Part shown: piece by piece, positions 24,215-43,200 of the stretch | Layout: each line of letters starts with the position of its first letter | Numbering within the stretch: position 1 is the stretch's first letter | NCBI GenBank assembly: GCA_963575745.1 | Contig: CAUYUJ010000256.1 | Span: 62,001 to 116,249, forward strand | Origin: Prorocentrum cordatum | Lineage: Eukaryota | DNA length: 54,249 nucleotides | Direction: 5' to 3' | Notes under the pieces: generated by a model | Told to the model about the DNA's origin: nothing | Database searches by the model: none | Seen by the model: the letters and a program-made list of their open reading frames with translations, nothing else | Position numbers and translations under genes: made by a program

Positions 24215-25002
24215 TTGCTCCCGCTGCAGCGCTCGCCCCACTTCTGCGCCTCTGGTTGTTCCAAATCGTGCTCCCGCTGCAGCGCGGGCGTTTTCGGTCC
24301 TTCAAGATAGGCCCAAAAATCCAGAAAATGCCCCTACGAAAAAACATCGAGAGTGATTATCCATTCGGTGTCGATTTGTTTTTTGGGGGATCGCAGAAGC
24401 CCCCCCACTTTGGGGCGTCGCCACGCCATAATATGTCAAGCTACGCGTCCTCCGAATCGTGCTCCCGCTGCAGCGCTGGCCTCAGTTCCGCGCTTCCGCT
24501 CGTTCCGAATCGTGCTCCCGCTGCAGCGCTGGCGTCATTATTTCCAGCGCCATGCCACGGCATGGTTTTCGATCCTTCCACATAGGCCCCCAAATCTAGA
24601 AAATGCCCCCCCGAAGAAACCATCGAGAGTGATTACACATTCGGTGCCGATTCGTTGATTTTATGGGCCGAAGAAGCCCCCTCCCACCTTGAAGCGTCGC
24701 CACGCCATGCTATGTCAGGCTAGGCGTCAACCGAAAAATGCTCCCGCTGCAGCGCTGGCCTCATTTCCGCGCTTCCGCTCGTTCCGAATCGTGCTCCCGC
24801 TGCAACGCTGGCGTCATTATTTCCAGCGCCATGCCACAGCATGGTTTCCGGTCCTTCCAGATAGGCCCCAAAATCTAGAAACTGCTCCACGAAAAAAACA
24901 TCGGAAGTGATTACACATTCGGTGTCCATTCGCTGATTTCTGGGGTCGCAGAAGCCCTCCCCCTATTTGGGGCGTCGCCACGCCATGCTATGTCAGGTTA
25001 CG
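24215..25002. repeat. ~277-bp tandem repeat, about 3 copies
   Basis: GTGATTA(C/T)(A/C)CATTCGGTG at 24353, 24629 and 24908; GCTCCCGCTGCA occurs twice per unit. Confidence 0.9.
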
Positions 25003-25171
25003 CTTTGATCTTCAACACCATGCTATGCCACGTAATGCTATGCCCTGCTACGACATCCGACTGTGCGAATAGAGAGGAGATCTACACCCTGGTAAGGGAT
25101 GGGAGGGAAGGTTAGGACGTCAGATATGACGTGAGCGCACTTAGCTTGCCTCCTCCTCCTCCTCCTCCTCC

Positions 25172-25202
<31 letters not shown>

Positions 25203-26264
25203 CGTCCTCTTCCGCCTCCACTTCCTCCTCCTCTTCCTCCTCCTCTTCCTCGTCCTCCCTCTTCTCCCTCTCCTCCTGCCTCTTGTTATTCTCCTCCCCC
25301 TCCTCCTCCTCCTTCTCCTCCTACTCCTCCTACTCCTCCTACTCCTCCTACTCCTACTCCTCCTCCTCCTCCTCCTTCTCCTCCTCCTCCTCCTCCTCCT
25401 CCTCTTCCTTCTCTTGCTCCTCTCCTCTCGCTCCTGCTCCTCTCCTCGCCCTCCTCCACCTCCTCCTCCTCCTCCTCCTCCTCCTCCTCCTCCTCCTCCG
25501 TATCCTCCTCCCTCATTTCTCCGACGGGGTCTAGGGGAGGACGCTGCAGAGAGGGTGGCAGCACGAGCCCCTGGGTCCTGGGTCCGCCCCGCCTTCGCGC
25601 GGGCGAGAGGGCTCTGGCGAGAGCCCTCGTGAGACCAGTGACTCTGTCGGCCTCGCCGCCATGTGGCATTTTTGGGGCACGAGCGTGGTGCTCGGCAAGC
25701 GCGCGCCACACTCGCTCCCCTCTGAGCCTCCGCTTCCCCTGCGCTGTCTGTGGCGGAGGGGTGCGCTGTTCTGCGCTGTCGCCTGGGGCCGGGCGGCCTG
25801 AAACAAAACCAAGCGAAAACCCGCATCCTGGGAATTCTGTATGAAAAAACCCGTGCGCGGAGGGGGGCCGAATTTTTCCAGGAAGAGGAGAAGGAGGAGG
25901 AGAAGGAGGAGAAGGAGGAGGGGAGGAGGAGGAGGAGGAGGGGAGGAGGAGGAGGAGGAGGAGGAGGAGGAGGAGGGGGAGGAGGAGGAGAAGGGAGCGG
26001 CGAGGAAGAAAAGGGACGATTGGGGAGATCTGCAGGCGCGCGGCCCAGGGCCACGAGGTCGAAGGCCGACAGCGGCCAGTCCGAGTCCTCCAGGAAGTCC
26101 ATCGCCGAGTACTGGCCCAGCATGGTGGCCGCCTCGGGGGCACCCGCAAGGAGAGGCGAGGGACGGGCCGGGGAGATGACGATGACGACGAAGAGGACGA
26201 AGAGGACGACGAGGACGGCGAGGACGACGACGACGAGAACGACGAGAACGAGGACGAGGACGAG

Positions 26265-26314
<50 letters not shown>

Positions 26315-26834
26315 CCTCGGCGACCACTGCCCACGACGGCCCTCGGAGGGGCCTCGAAGGGCCCTCGGAGACCCTCGGCGCCCACGGCCTGCCCTCACCC
26401 TCGGGGGGCCCTCGGAGGGCCCAAACGGCGGCCCTCGCGGGCGCCTCGCGTGTGGGGCCCTCCTCCGAGCGCGCGGGCGCTGAGGCGGCCGCGGTGCCCA
26501 GGAGCCAGGCGCCGGCGCAGGGTTCCTCGCAGTCCCCGGAGCCGCCGCAGCCCGCGGCGCCCGCCAGCTCCGCCGCCGCGCCGCCGCCGGCGTCGCGGCT
26601 GGGCGGCCCGTCTCGCCTGCGTCGGCGCGGGGCCCGGAGCTCCGCACGCCGTGCGGGGGAGGATCCCGAGGACCCGTCCTGTTGCCACTTTTGTGCGGCC
26701 TCTGGGGGGCCCTCGCCGGTCGCCGGGCCCCGGGACCGTGCAGGAACCGCCCGGGATGAACGGCTGGCCCCAGGGAAGGGGTCGGGACTTCTGGGGACCC
26801 CGAGCTGGAAAAATCAAGGCATCGGATTTCTGGG

Positions 26835-31394
<4,560 letters not shown>

Positions 31395-31459
31395 CCCTAA
31401 TAGAATCCGGTTAGAGGTGTATCCACTCCTAATAGACTCCTGTTAGATGTATCATCACC

Positions 31460-32118
31460 CATACCGTCACCATCGTCATCACCGCCATCATACTGATCAC
31501 CATCGTCATCACCAGCATCATAGTGATCATCATCGTCACCACCATCATCAGAATGATCATCATCGTCACCACCATCACCACATTCACCATCATCGTCGCC
31601 ATCGCACCATCATCGCCAATAACATCATCATCATGGCCGTCATCCAGGTAAGCATCACCATCGTAGTCAGCATCATCATCATCGTCGTCCCAAGTACCAC
31701 CATCATCACCATCAGCAGCATCGTAGTCAGCACCATCATTATCGCCGTCTCCAGTACCACCATCATCATCATCATCATCATTATCATCATCATCATCAGC
31801 ATCAGCATTATCATCATCATCAGCATCATCATTGTCGTCGTCACCAGTATCACCATCATCACCATCATCATCACCACCTTCATAGTCAGCATCAACATAC
31901 GCAACACCATCATCATGGTCAGCATCTGCACCATGTCAGCATCATCATCGTCATAGTCAGCATCATCATAGTCACCGACAGCATCATCACCATCATCATC
32001 AGCATCAGCATCGCCATAGTCATCATGTGCATCATCATTTATCAGCACTAACATTATCGCCACCATCATATTCATCATCGACGTCAACAACATCAACATC
32101 GTCATTATCAGCATCATC

Positions 32119-32149
<31 letters not shown>

Positions 32150-32200
32150 TCATCATCATTATCATCATTACGATTACCATCATTATCGTTAGTATCATCG
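31460..32200. repeat. Degenerate (CAT)n microsatellite
   Basis: Directly visible. Confidence 0.9.
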
Positions 32201-32757
32201 ACTCCCCCTCCCTCCCCCTGGAGGGCACAGAACACGGATGACGGGAGAGAACGGGGGGAGAGGAGGGGGAGGAGGACGAGAAGGAGGCAGAGGGGGGAGA
32301 AGAGGGGGAGCAGATCGAGGAGGAGGCAGAGGGGAGAGGGAGGAGAATTGAGGACAAGGAGGGCGATCGCACTCAGCACTGCGAACACAAGAATACTCAT
32401 CAAACGTATGTGCATCATCGTCATTCCCATCATCCTCATCATTGCCCTCCCCATTCTTATCATCATCGTATAGATGATCGTCATACTCCTCCTCATCCTC
32501 TCCATCCTTATCTTCGTCATCCTCCGCCGCATCATCATCCTCCTCATCATCATCCTCCCTCTCCCCAATCATCATCTTCAGCCTAGTCATCCTCCCCATC
32601 CGTCCCATTCCGTAGGACGCCCTAGGGATTCCTGAGGATTCCCTAAGGAGTCCCTAGGGATTCCCAAAGATGCCTAAGGATTCCCCGCGGTGCGGTGCGT
32701 TGCGGTGCGCGCGCCCCCCCCCCTCCCCAGGGGGGGCCTCTGAAACACGGTGTCGTT

Positions 32758-32791
<34 letters not shown>

Positions 32792-32821
32792 ACAGCAGCA
32801 ACATCAACCGCAACAGCATCA

Positions 32822-32853
<32 letters not shown>

Positions 32854-33242
32854 GATACCGGCAACAACAACAACAACAACAACAGCAGCAGCAACAACAA
32901 CAATAACAGCAATAACAACACCAGCACCACCACCAACAACACCACCACCAACAACAACAACAGCAACATCAACAACACTAACATAAACAACAACAACAAC
33001 AACAACCACAACAACAACAACAAGAACAACAACAACAAACACACACCTCCTCCTCCTCCTCCTCTTTTTTGTTCTTCTTCTTATCATTAATGTTATGATT
33101 ATTATTATTATTATCATTCCTCCTCCTCCTGTTCCTCCTCCTCCTCCTCTTCCTCCTCCTCCTCCTCCTCCTTCCTCCTCCTCCTCCTCCTCCTCTTCCT
33201 CCTCCTCCTCCTCCTCCTCCTCCTTCTCCTCCTCCTCCTCTC
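32758..33242. repeat. (AAC)n, (ATT)n and (CCT)n microsatellites
   Basis: Directly visible. Confidence 0.9.
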
Positions 33243-33814
33243 TTATCCTTCCTTATTAGAATTTACTCTTACTCTCCCCTTTGGCCGGCCAATAGGGGTT
33301 CCATCCGGGCCCTCCCATCCTAACTATAAAAAACCGATAAAGAAAGTCCTCGTCTTTTCTCTCAGCATGACCTTCCTTGTCGTCGACGATGCGAAATGCA
33401 TAGCAAGAGTAAGACGCAGCGCACATCGCGCGCTGCCGTCAATCCGGGCCCTCCCATCCGACCTTTAAAACATCGATGCAAAGTCGTCGTTTTCTCTCAC
33501 CATGGCCATAATTATCGTCGACGATGCGACATGGGTAGCAGGAGTGGGACGCGGCGCACATCGCGCGCGGACGTCTTGGGCAACCCCAAGCGGGAGGGGC
33601 CATCCTACCTTTCAAAAACCATACGAAATCGGAATGTTTCTTCTCAGTGGCGATTTTCTTGTCGTTGGCTTTGCGTGGCAGGAAGGGGGCGCGGTGCACA
33701 TCGCGCGCGACAGGGCGAAATGTCGCTCTCGCTTCGGCGCCGCGCGCATGTTTTCTGAAAGTTGCCCTCCCGCTAAGGCGCAGCGAACATTTTGCGCTCG
33801 TCAATTCATCGAGC

Positions 33815-34098
33815 GCCTAGGGCTCCCTGGGGCCTCCCAGGGTCTCCTTGGACATCCTGGGGCTTCCCGGGGCTTCCCCAGGGCCTAGTGGATCCTCCTG
33901 GAGCCTCCTGAGGCATGTTGGGGCTTCCTGGGATTCCCCGGGGGCTTCCTGACACTTCCTATGGCTTCCTGAAGCCTCCTGGAATTACCTGGGGCTTCCT
34001 GGGCCCTCCTGAAGCCTCCTGGGGCTTCCTGGGAGTCGCCGGGGCTTCTCCTGAGGCCTCCTGGGGCCTCCTAAGGCTTCCTGGGGCCTCCTAAGGCT
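33815..34098. repeat. ~10-bp minisatellite (GGGGCTTCCT-like)
   Basis: Directly visible degenerate tandem units. Confidence 0.85.
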
Positions 34099-34232
34099 CG
34101 TGCTGAAATGCCAGCGCAGTCTTTGAGACGCGCCAGAGATTTCTTATCGGTTACCGCCATCGCGGCTGCATCAGCTATGGCAAACCACCTTGCCGATCTG
34201 ATTTCGGTGCCCAGTTGCGCCAGCACTGTTTC

Positions 34233-37200
34233 TTATGTTGTGGGAGGGCGGGTGGGAATGGGCATGCCATGCTTGACTCGCTCGAGCTGGCTAGCTTGAC
34301 TCATACTCTTACTCCTGCTCTTGGCTTCCCTTGGATCATCCGGGCTTTGCTCGACGCCTGCCGGGAACAGGTCGAGAATCGGACGCGGGAGGGGGAGGGG
34401 ACAAGGGGAACGAGGCCCACGTCTCATTCAGATCCCCACCACCCCTGACCTGAGCTGCCACGATACACCACACGCAACCCGTAGCGCGTTGGCACGGAGC
34501 TTAACACGGAAAGCCAAGACGTACGACTGGCGCGGCCCGTTCGCGAACACGGAGGCCAACACGTTGAGCCAGCACGCAGCATGTCAACACGGACGTCTTG
34601 AATACGTACGTAATGCGTTTCAACACGGGCGTACTAGGGCAGATACGCCCCTGACGTGCTACGCGCGGCGTCAGGGGGGGGGGGGGCGCACACCCGCCCT
34701 CCCATCATAGCGGAGGGTGCGAAGGCCCTGTGTGGGACGGTGTGCGTAAGGAGGGACACCATGGGTCCCCCACAATGCGCACGGCCAACAACATGGGGGA
34801 GGCACCATGCGCCTCCCCGACAACGCTGCGTCAGGCGCAGCATATGTTGTTTGTATACGTTTGTTGACTACAGAGTTCGCTCACTCCTCATTCTCCTCCT
34901 CCTCCTCCTCCTCCTCCCTCCTCCTCGTCCTCCTCCTCCTGCTCCTGCCCCTCCACCTTCCCCTCCCCCTCCTTCCCTCCTCCCCTCGTCGCCCCCGTCC
35001 CCTTCCCCCCACTCTCGCTCCTCCTCCTGCTGCTGCTGCTGCTGCCCCTCCTCCCCCCTCCGCTTGCCTGCTCCATGGGCCACAGAGGGCCAGCTGGGGA
35101 GGCCCGCCAGAAGACCCCTGGGAGGACCCTCCGCGCGGCCCGCGCGGACCCCCGGGCGAGGCCCGCAAACAAACGCGGGCCTCCTCCTCCTCCTCCTCCT
35201 TCTTCCTCCTTATTCCTCGACCGTACTCCGCCAGCGGTCTCCTTTCCGCCGCAGGGCCCCCCCGATCAGACGCGGAAGGCTTTATCTAAAAGATGTATAG
35301 GACTCAGCGCCCCTCGCAGCTCGCCCAGGGGTCGCCCCATGCCGCGGGACATACGGGAAAGACGCTGGACGCCCGCCGGGGGCTGCGCTCTCTTCTCGGG
35401 GCCTCCGTCTGGCGGGGGGGGCATAGGCGCTAACGTGGGCAACAAATGGCTTCCTCCTCCTCCTCCTCCTCCTCCTCCTCCTCCTCCTCCTCCTCCTCCT
35501 CCTCCTCCTCCTCCTCCTCCTCCTCCTCCTCCCCGCAAAACAAAAAAACAACAATAAAAACGCAGCCTCGGACCCTCCGCGGTGGCGACCAGGCAGGCGC
35601 GCGCGAGCGCGAGGAGGGCAGCCAGCAGGCCGTAGTGGCAGTAGTCCACCTCTCTGGCGACACGCAAGAGCGATTATTGGCAAGAGCGACTTGTGGCGAT
35701 AGGCAACAAAAGTATCCCAAGCTCTTTGGGAGGGGACCTGAGTTAGAAGGAGCAAACACATTATGGATAGGGGTCTGCTCTGCAGATGTAGCAGCGCAAG
35801 CCGCCCAGATGTCTGATCCCTGATGCAAGAACGGGGACCTCAGGTAGGCTACTTCTTCATCGTGCTATTCGGGTTAGGGGTTCTGTTGTTCTCGATGACT
35901 CGGTGCGCGAGACCCAGGGACCCCGCCGGGCGCGCAAGTCACTCTTGCCGCATCGCGTTCGGCGCTCGGGGGGCCCTCTCTGGGCCGCTATTTTCTTCGT
36001 ACCCCCCGCGAGCATTCTGCGCTCCTCTCCCGCCGCCGCTCGCCCCGCCAGCCTGGCCCGAGCCCCGCCCGCAGAGCCGGCCCAAAGGGCTGCGAAGCCG
36101 CGCGGGGCCCCGTGCCCGCGCGTGCCTGCCCGCGCGGGCGCCGCCGGCCGGCCCAGCAGCAGCAGCCACGCCCCCCCCCCCCCCTCCTGCCGCCGCCGCC
36201 GCCGCCGGGTGCCCCTCCGGCGAGAGGCCACACTTCCCGGACCCCCGACGTCGTGATCTGCGCACAGCGTCGACCCCCCAGAGGTCTGGCCCCCTTCCTC
36301 GGGACCTGCTCCTCGTCCCGAGCCGTTGTTCGAGGCCCGAGGCCATGCAGTGAGGGTCCCCGGAGGCCGAACATGGCGAACAACCTCCCGTCGTGATTTC
36401 TGCACTGCTCGAGGGGGTCTGGGCCTGCAGCCGCCGCCGCCGCCGCCGAAGGTCACTCCGGCGAGAAGGCCACTATTGCATGTAAGCCCACCTCTGCGCT
36501 GCTCGGGTGCTCGCTCGCCGGCACGGCATCATCGGCGAGCCGCCAAGACTCTCGGCGCTAGGACTGCCCATATTGTTTCGACCGGAGGCCTGTCTCGCTC
36601 TCCGCCCCAGGGGGCAAGGGCTACCGGGCCCCGGGACCATTGAAGGCCTCCTGGATGAGGTCGGCGTAGGTGGGGTCGGGGGATCGCGCCGCATCGCCGA
36701 TGCATCGGCGATGCGGCGCGAACCTCCGACCCCATCCGCTCGAACCCCGTCTGGGAGGCCTAGACGTGAAGAACGGATCTCGAGCGAAAAATGCCCCCAG
36801 GGAAGGTGTCGGGACCTCTGGGGCCCCGGGTTGAACAACTCACCTCGGCGGATGTCGAGGTTTTCGCTCGCTGGCACGGCCATGGGCGCGCTGCGCGTGC
36901 GACAATGTGCACGCGCGTGTGTCCCAGCCTACGTGATCGCCATGCATCCTTTTACTCGGAATTTCCATCCATCCCAGCACTGGGCCCCACCGCCGCTGGC
37001 CCGCTGACGCAAGAGCCGCCGCGGACTCGCCGGCGGGGCTGGCCGCGCCGCTCGCTCGGGGAGCGATCCGTCCCCCCTGAGCACCTCGCTCCGTCCGCCC
37101 CTTTTTCGGCTGCGCCTTCCCCCTCTCCTCCTCTTGCATGGTAGCACAATTCGCTCTAACAGCATCCCCGTTTAGGCCTCTCCGCTAGCGCAAACGACCC

Positions 37201-40200
37201 CTGCCTCGCCGCCGACGCAAAAAAGTGTGTCCCAGCCTGCCCCAGATGTTTCTGCTGCCCCCGATCGTCGCCACGGGACAGCAAAACAAGGTATCTCCAC
37301 GAGCTCTGGGACCGAGACCCGCAACGCCCCGCGGCGTGAAACAGGAGAAGCGCCTGGCCAACTGCCAAACTGTACACTTCACACAAAAAAGGAGGGGGAG
37401 GAGGAGGAGGAGGAGGAGGAGGAGGAGGAGGAGGACCAGTGTAAACCCAAGAGTCATCAACGATGTTGGAATTGACCCTCCCCCCAAGCTCCCTCTACAT
37501 AGGCCCTTACAGCGGTTTATTTCCATTGAAGGAGCTGCCTCGTTGGACCGACCGTTTGAAGACCCTGAAGCATGCCAGAACATGGTTTTCGGGATCTCAG
37601 CGCCACGGATCAACCTGGCTGTTGCGTCTTGAGAACCCAGAAACATGCCAGAACGCCATTCCTAGGACTTGAACACCACGAACCAACATAACTGTTGCAC
37701 CCGCATGCTCCAAAAACCCTTCCAAAACAATATTTCTGGTGCGCTGATCATTGGAATCAGTGAAACTCTTGCAAATGTTGAAAGCGAATGCGCGCGGCAC
37801 TAAGGCGAGAACCACATTTTGAAAAGGAGCCGCCCTCAATCCGCGAACAGCTTGCAAATGTTGAATTGAAAAAGTGTGCGCGGCGCTAAAGCGAGAACCA
37901 CATTTTGAAAACGACCCGCCCTCAATCCGCGACACTCTTGCAAGCTTTGAATACGAACATGAGCGACGCCAGGCCGAGAGCAACATGTTGAAAACTACCT
38001 GCCCTCAATCCGTGAAACTCATGCAATGTTGCAGAATGTCCGCAGCACATAAGCGAGAACCACAATTTGAAAACGACCCGCCCTCAACACGTGACCTCTT
38101 GCAAGCTTTGAATACGAATGTGCGCGGCGCTAAGGTGAGAACAACATGTTGAAAACGACCTGCCCTCAATCCAGGAAACTGTTGTAATGTTTGAAGCGAA
38201 TGTGCGCCGCGCTGAAGCGAGAGCCTCAGTTTGAAAATCACCCGCCTTCAATCCGTGAGACTCTCGCAAATGTTTAAAACGAATGTGCGCCGCGCTAAAG
38301 CGAGAGCCACATTTAAAAAAAAACGACCCGCATTCCATCTGCGAAGCTGTTACTACTTGTAAGCTTCAGAATCATGAACGGTGAGGAAGTCTCGAACGAA
38401 ACGCCTGGCCCGCCTTAAAAACTTGCCTCGGGGTGCGACAGGGAAAAGTTATGTATGAGGAAAAGGCAATGAGGAGGGGAGGAGGAGGAGGAGGAGGAGG
38501 AGGAGGAGGAGGAAGGGGAGGAGGAGGAGGAGGAGGAGGAGGAGGAGGAGGAGGAAGAGGAGGATGAGGAAGGGGAAGAGGAGGAAGAGGAGGAAGAGGA
38601 GGAGGAGGAGGCGGAGGAGGAGAAGGAGGCCGCCCAAAGTTTGCGCAACGTCAAGAAAGGAGGAGGGAAAGGAAGAGGAGGAGGAGGAGGAGGAGGAGGA
38701 GGAGGAGGAGGAAGGCCAGACAAAGGCCCAGCCTGCCCAGAGTGCCGTGTGCCGCCCGCGCGCTGCCGCGACATTCGTCGCCACCTCACGGCACCTTGAT
38801 GCCCTGGACGCCTCAGCAGCTCGGCTTCGGAGCACCCGTGGTGCACCGCAGAATATCATGCGAGCCAGGCTCGGGAGCCTAGGTGGTATCTGCCCGCCAG
38901 CTCGGCGATGTGCGCCCACATCCACAACTTTCTGGCTGTGTGTGTGTGTGTTCGCGCGTGCAGTCGTCATGCATACATGCACGCATACGAAAGCACGTGC
39001 AGATGCGCATGAAGGTGCTCGTGCTTGCATTGTGGGGGAGCGTCATCGTCTGCTGAGACGTCGTGGCGATTTGCCATCGGGTCCTTCCCATGAGAGCCCA
39101 GGCTGACATGCACATGGCGGGCTCCGGAAACCCAGAACCAAAAAATGTTGACATATCATGGGGACGCATCTGTTACGTCCGCTGGCTTCCGCCCAGAGGA
39201 GCCGCCCTCGTTCTCCTTCCGCCAGCTTCCGCCGACCTTCCGCCACCTTCCGCCGAGGAATAGATGCCAACTCTGTCGACCCTCGAAGGCGAGGCGCTTC
39301 CTGGAAAACCTCATGTGATGTCTGTTGCGGCAAGAGGCAGGACGCGGGGGCAATGTTTCGAACACTGCAGTGCGCGAAGTAGCCATGCCCGAAGAAAACA
39401 AAAGCGCCGCAGTGCTGAACCAGAACTGCTAGAGGCGGAACGCCGACGGAAACAGCACATCCTCCCACCCTTTGACGCGTCGACCTCCCCCCTCACTCTG
39501 TCCTCCCGTCATCCTTTCCCGCTGGCGCCAAGACACCCTCAAACGCCACCCCACGCTTGGCCGAATGTGGCATCAGACCAAGGAGGCCCCAGCAGCCCCA
39601 AGGCATCAGGGCCCGCCGAGACGGCCCGCACGACCCCCCCAAAGAGATGGAGCCACGGGAGGCACGAGAGGCTGCCCGGCGGGCACCCAGCGGGCGCTCC
39701 ACGGGCACCCGACGAGCCCTCGCGAGCTCTTGGCAGGCTCGCCACAGACGCAACCCACTTAGATCATCTCATAAGGGGAACAAAAAGTGGCATAAACATA
39801 AAAACTCGGAGGTCCGCGCGGATTTCTCGGATCGGCGTCGGGGCTCCCCGGCGGCACCTCCGGCGCCGCCCCTGGCGCGCTCCGCGCGCCAGGGAGGGGG
39901 GTCCAGCGCCGATCCGAGAAATCCGCGCGGACCTCCGAGTTCTTATGTTTACGTCACTTTTTGTTCCCCTACCTCGGGCTGCTCGCACTGTTTCTGCCTC
40001 CGTGCCCCAAAAAGCCCAGACCACGGCCGCGAACTCTTGCCTTGGCGTGTCGCGGCGGCAGCCCCGGCGACACGCTGCGCCCGTCTAGCGGGCTCCGCTC
40101 CGCGCCGCGGGAGGCTGGGCACGGCTCGGGACGCTGCTGCGTGGGGACTCGGAAGCGGTTGGCGTGTCGCGCCGGAGGGTGGTGGGCCAGGACCGGCGAG

Positions 40201-43200
40201 GCGACACGCTGGGTCAAAATTCCTGGCCGTGGCCGCTGTGAGCAATGACGGTCTGAGCGTGGCCCTGCACAGGACCAAGAGGGACCTACACCTGCTGCCT
40301 CTGCTGCTGCTGCTGCTGCTGCTGCTCCTCCTCCTCCTCCTCCTCATCAGTACTCGTGTTCCGCCTGGCATGCTGACCACACACGAGTCGAGTCCCAAGG
40401 GGCATTCTCTGGGGTTTCTTTCTTCCCTCTCCGTCTCCTCTTTTCCGCCCTCCTTTCACTCCATCCCCTTTCCGCCCTCTCCGTTGCTCTGTCAACCCAC
40501 CCCTCTGCTCCCCCATCCCCTCCATCCATGAGTATGCTTCTTCTCAGCTTTCGGCTTCTTAGTATATTGATTATTATTGTTGTTCGCCTTCATCGCTTTA
40601 TCATTGAACTCCTATCTCCTCTCTGCCCCTCCCCGAATCATCCCCCCTTCCCTTCCCCGTACGCCTCCCGCCCCATCCTCATCCACATCCCACGCCCTGA
40701 CCACCACCATCACCACCGACCCGCCTCCACTAGCCCGGTCTCGACCCAGAACCCAAGCGGAAGCCCCCTCCGGGCTTGGCCGGGGGCGGGGGTAGGGGGG
40801 CCGCCCCCGCCGAGAGCACGGCCCGAAGCAGGCCTGCGGAGGCTTGGTGGAGGCGTCGGGCCCACGGCCGATGAAACACTGTCCCCGGACCCCTCCAGGG
40901 GCAGGTGCACCCTGAGCAGCTCTTCCAGCCGCATCCAGCCGCGTCGGCGAGAACAACCTCCGAAAGGAAGACGTCGTCGCCGGCGGCCACGACGGCGGCG
41001 GCGGCGACAACGACTCCCGACTCCAGCGAGGCAGCCTCCCGACCCCCAGGGGAGGAGGAGGAGGAGGAGGAGGAGGAGGAGGAGGAGGAGGAGGAGGAGG
41101 AGGAGGAGGAGGAGGAGTAGGAGGAGGAGGAGGAGGAGAGGAAGGAGGAGAGGAGGAGGAGAAGGAGGAGGAGAAGGAGGAGGAGGAGGAGAAGGAGGAG
41201 GAGGAGAAGAAGATAGAGAGGAAGAGGAACGAACGAGAGCCAGAGCCATGCGCGCCCCGCTGGGGAGCCCGCCCGTGCCCATCAGGGCACGGCGTGGAGG
41301 CCGCAGCCTCGACAAGGAAGAACATGAATTCATGCATATGGCGCGTATGCCAACTCACGTGATGACCACAGCTCAGAGTTACCAGGGGCCTGGATCCATC
41401 GTGGGTCATTCGTGTTGTGGTGCTTGAGCGCCGCGGGTGGATGGAGAAGCAGGAGGAGGAGGAGGAGGAGGAGGAGGAGGAGGAGGAGGAGGAGGAGGAG
41501 GAGGAGGAGGAGGAGGAGGAGGAGGAGGAGAGAGAGATGAGAGAGAGAAAGAGAGAGAGATGGAGGAGGAGCAAAGAGAGAGGAGAGAGAGGGAGGAGGA
41601 TGAGGAGGCGGGGGAGGAGGAGGAGGAGAGGAGGAGAGGGAGGAGGAGGAGGAGGAGGAGGAGGGAGAAGGAGGAGGAGGAGGAGGAGTAGGAGAAGGAG
41701 GAGGAGGAGAAGGAGGAGGAGGAGGAGAAGGAGGAGGAGAAGGAGGAGGAGGAGGAGGAGGATGGGGGGAGAAGGGAGATGAGGAGGAGGAGGAGGAGGA
41801 GGAGGAGGAGGAGGAGGAGGAGGAGGGGGAGGAGGAGGAGGAGAAGGAGAGGGGAGATAGGAGGTGGAGGAGGGAGGGAGATTGGGGGACGAGCAGGAAA
41901 GAGGAAGGGGTGACGGAGGAAAGGCGATGCTCGAAAGAGCCCCCACGTCACTTTACCGAAGGTGACGACCGAGACTCTCCGGCGGCGGCCACCCTCGACA
42001 GCATGGCGAGCTCGGCCTCGCCGGACATCACCTGGCGGCTCGCGCGCTCAAAGCGCAGTGGCACCCCCGGGAGCGCGCCACCCGCAACCTTCGGCGGCCT
42101 CCGGAGGCCATCGCCTGCCTTCGGAGGCCCTCGGCGGCCTCTGGAGACCTCTGGCGGCTTCCGGCGAGGCGGCCTCTGGCGCGGGGGAAATCCCAGGAGG
42201 GGGGTGGTGGTCCGGGGAGGGGAAGAGGAGGAAGATGGTTCCATTGGTGGGTGCTGCCGCGGACCACGTCATCCCCCAGTCGTCCCGCTGCTCCCCTTCC
42301 TTCGATGCGTGGGCCCCGGAGGTCCGGACCACTTTCCTGTGGCGCTTCTCTTTTTCTCGTCCCGAGCCGCTATTTGACGCTCCCGAGGCCTGGCGAGGGA
42401 TCCCGGAGGCCGACACGGCCCAAAACCGCCCGCTCCAATTCTTTCGGAGCGTCGGATCTCTAGGAATTCGACCGTTCTGCTGCTCCGTGCGCCTGTGCTT
42501 CACGCAAGGACGGGGAGCGGGGCCGGTCGTCTCGACGGGCCAGCTGACGCCGCGAGCCTCCACTTCTGCAGCCACCCTTAGGAAAACAATTGGGAGATCG
42601 AGATTCGAGGCGCGTTGGCCGCGATTCGCAGTTCCTATAGACCCCCTCGCGTCGTGAGGAAGTCACGACGGGAGTTGTTCTTCCGCTTTCTCGGCCTCCA
42701 GGGGGACTGGCCAGGCCGACGCTGTGAAAAGAACACGGCGCCGGGGGCCTGGGCTGTGGGGGGCCTCCGGAGGCTTCTCGTCGCCACGGCTTGTTTTTTT
42801 TTCCAGCAGCACCAAAAGTGGGGAGCGCTCGACCACCAGGGCGTGACGAGCACGGCAGCGTGAAGCGGACGCCCGCCGAAGTCGCCCACGACGGGCTCCG
42901 CGTCGGGATTCTGGCACGAGCGCACGCGCCCCGGGAGAGACCCGGGGCAACCGGGCCCAGGGGAGATACGAGCGACACGGGCAGGCGACAGGAGGCGCGC
43001 GCCCTCGCTGGCGAGGGAAGGTCATCGCGGCCAAGGAGGTCTGGGCGGGCACCCAAAGGGTGGTCAGAGGCGCCGCGCAAAGCTGGGGAACCTCACCAGC
43101 CTCGAACGTATCCCTGTCCCTAAGATTGACACGCCAAAAGGCCATGACAATCTCAGGGATGCGCCCTGAAAAACCTAGGGAATCCCTCAGATTGGCGTTG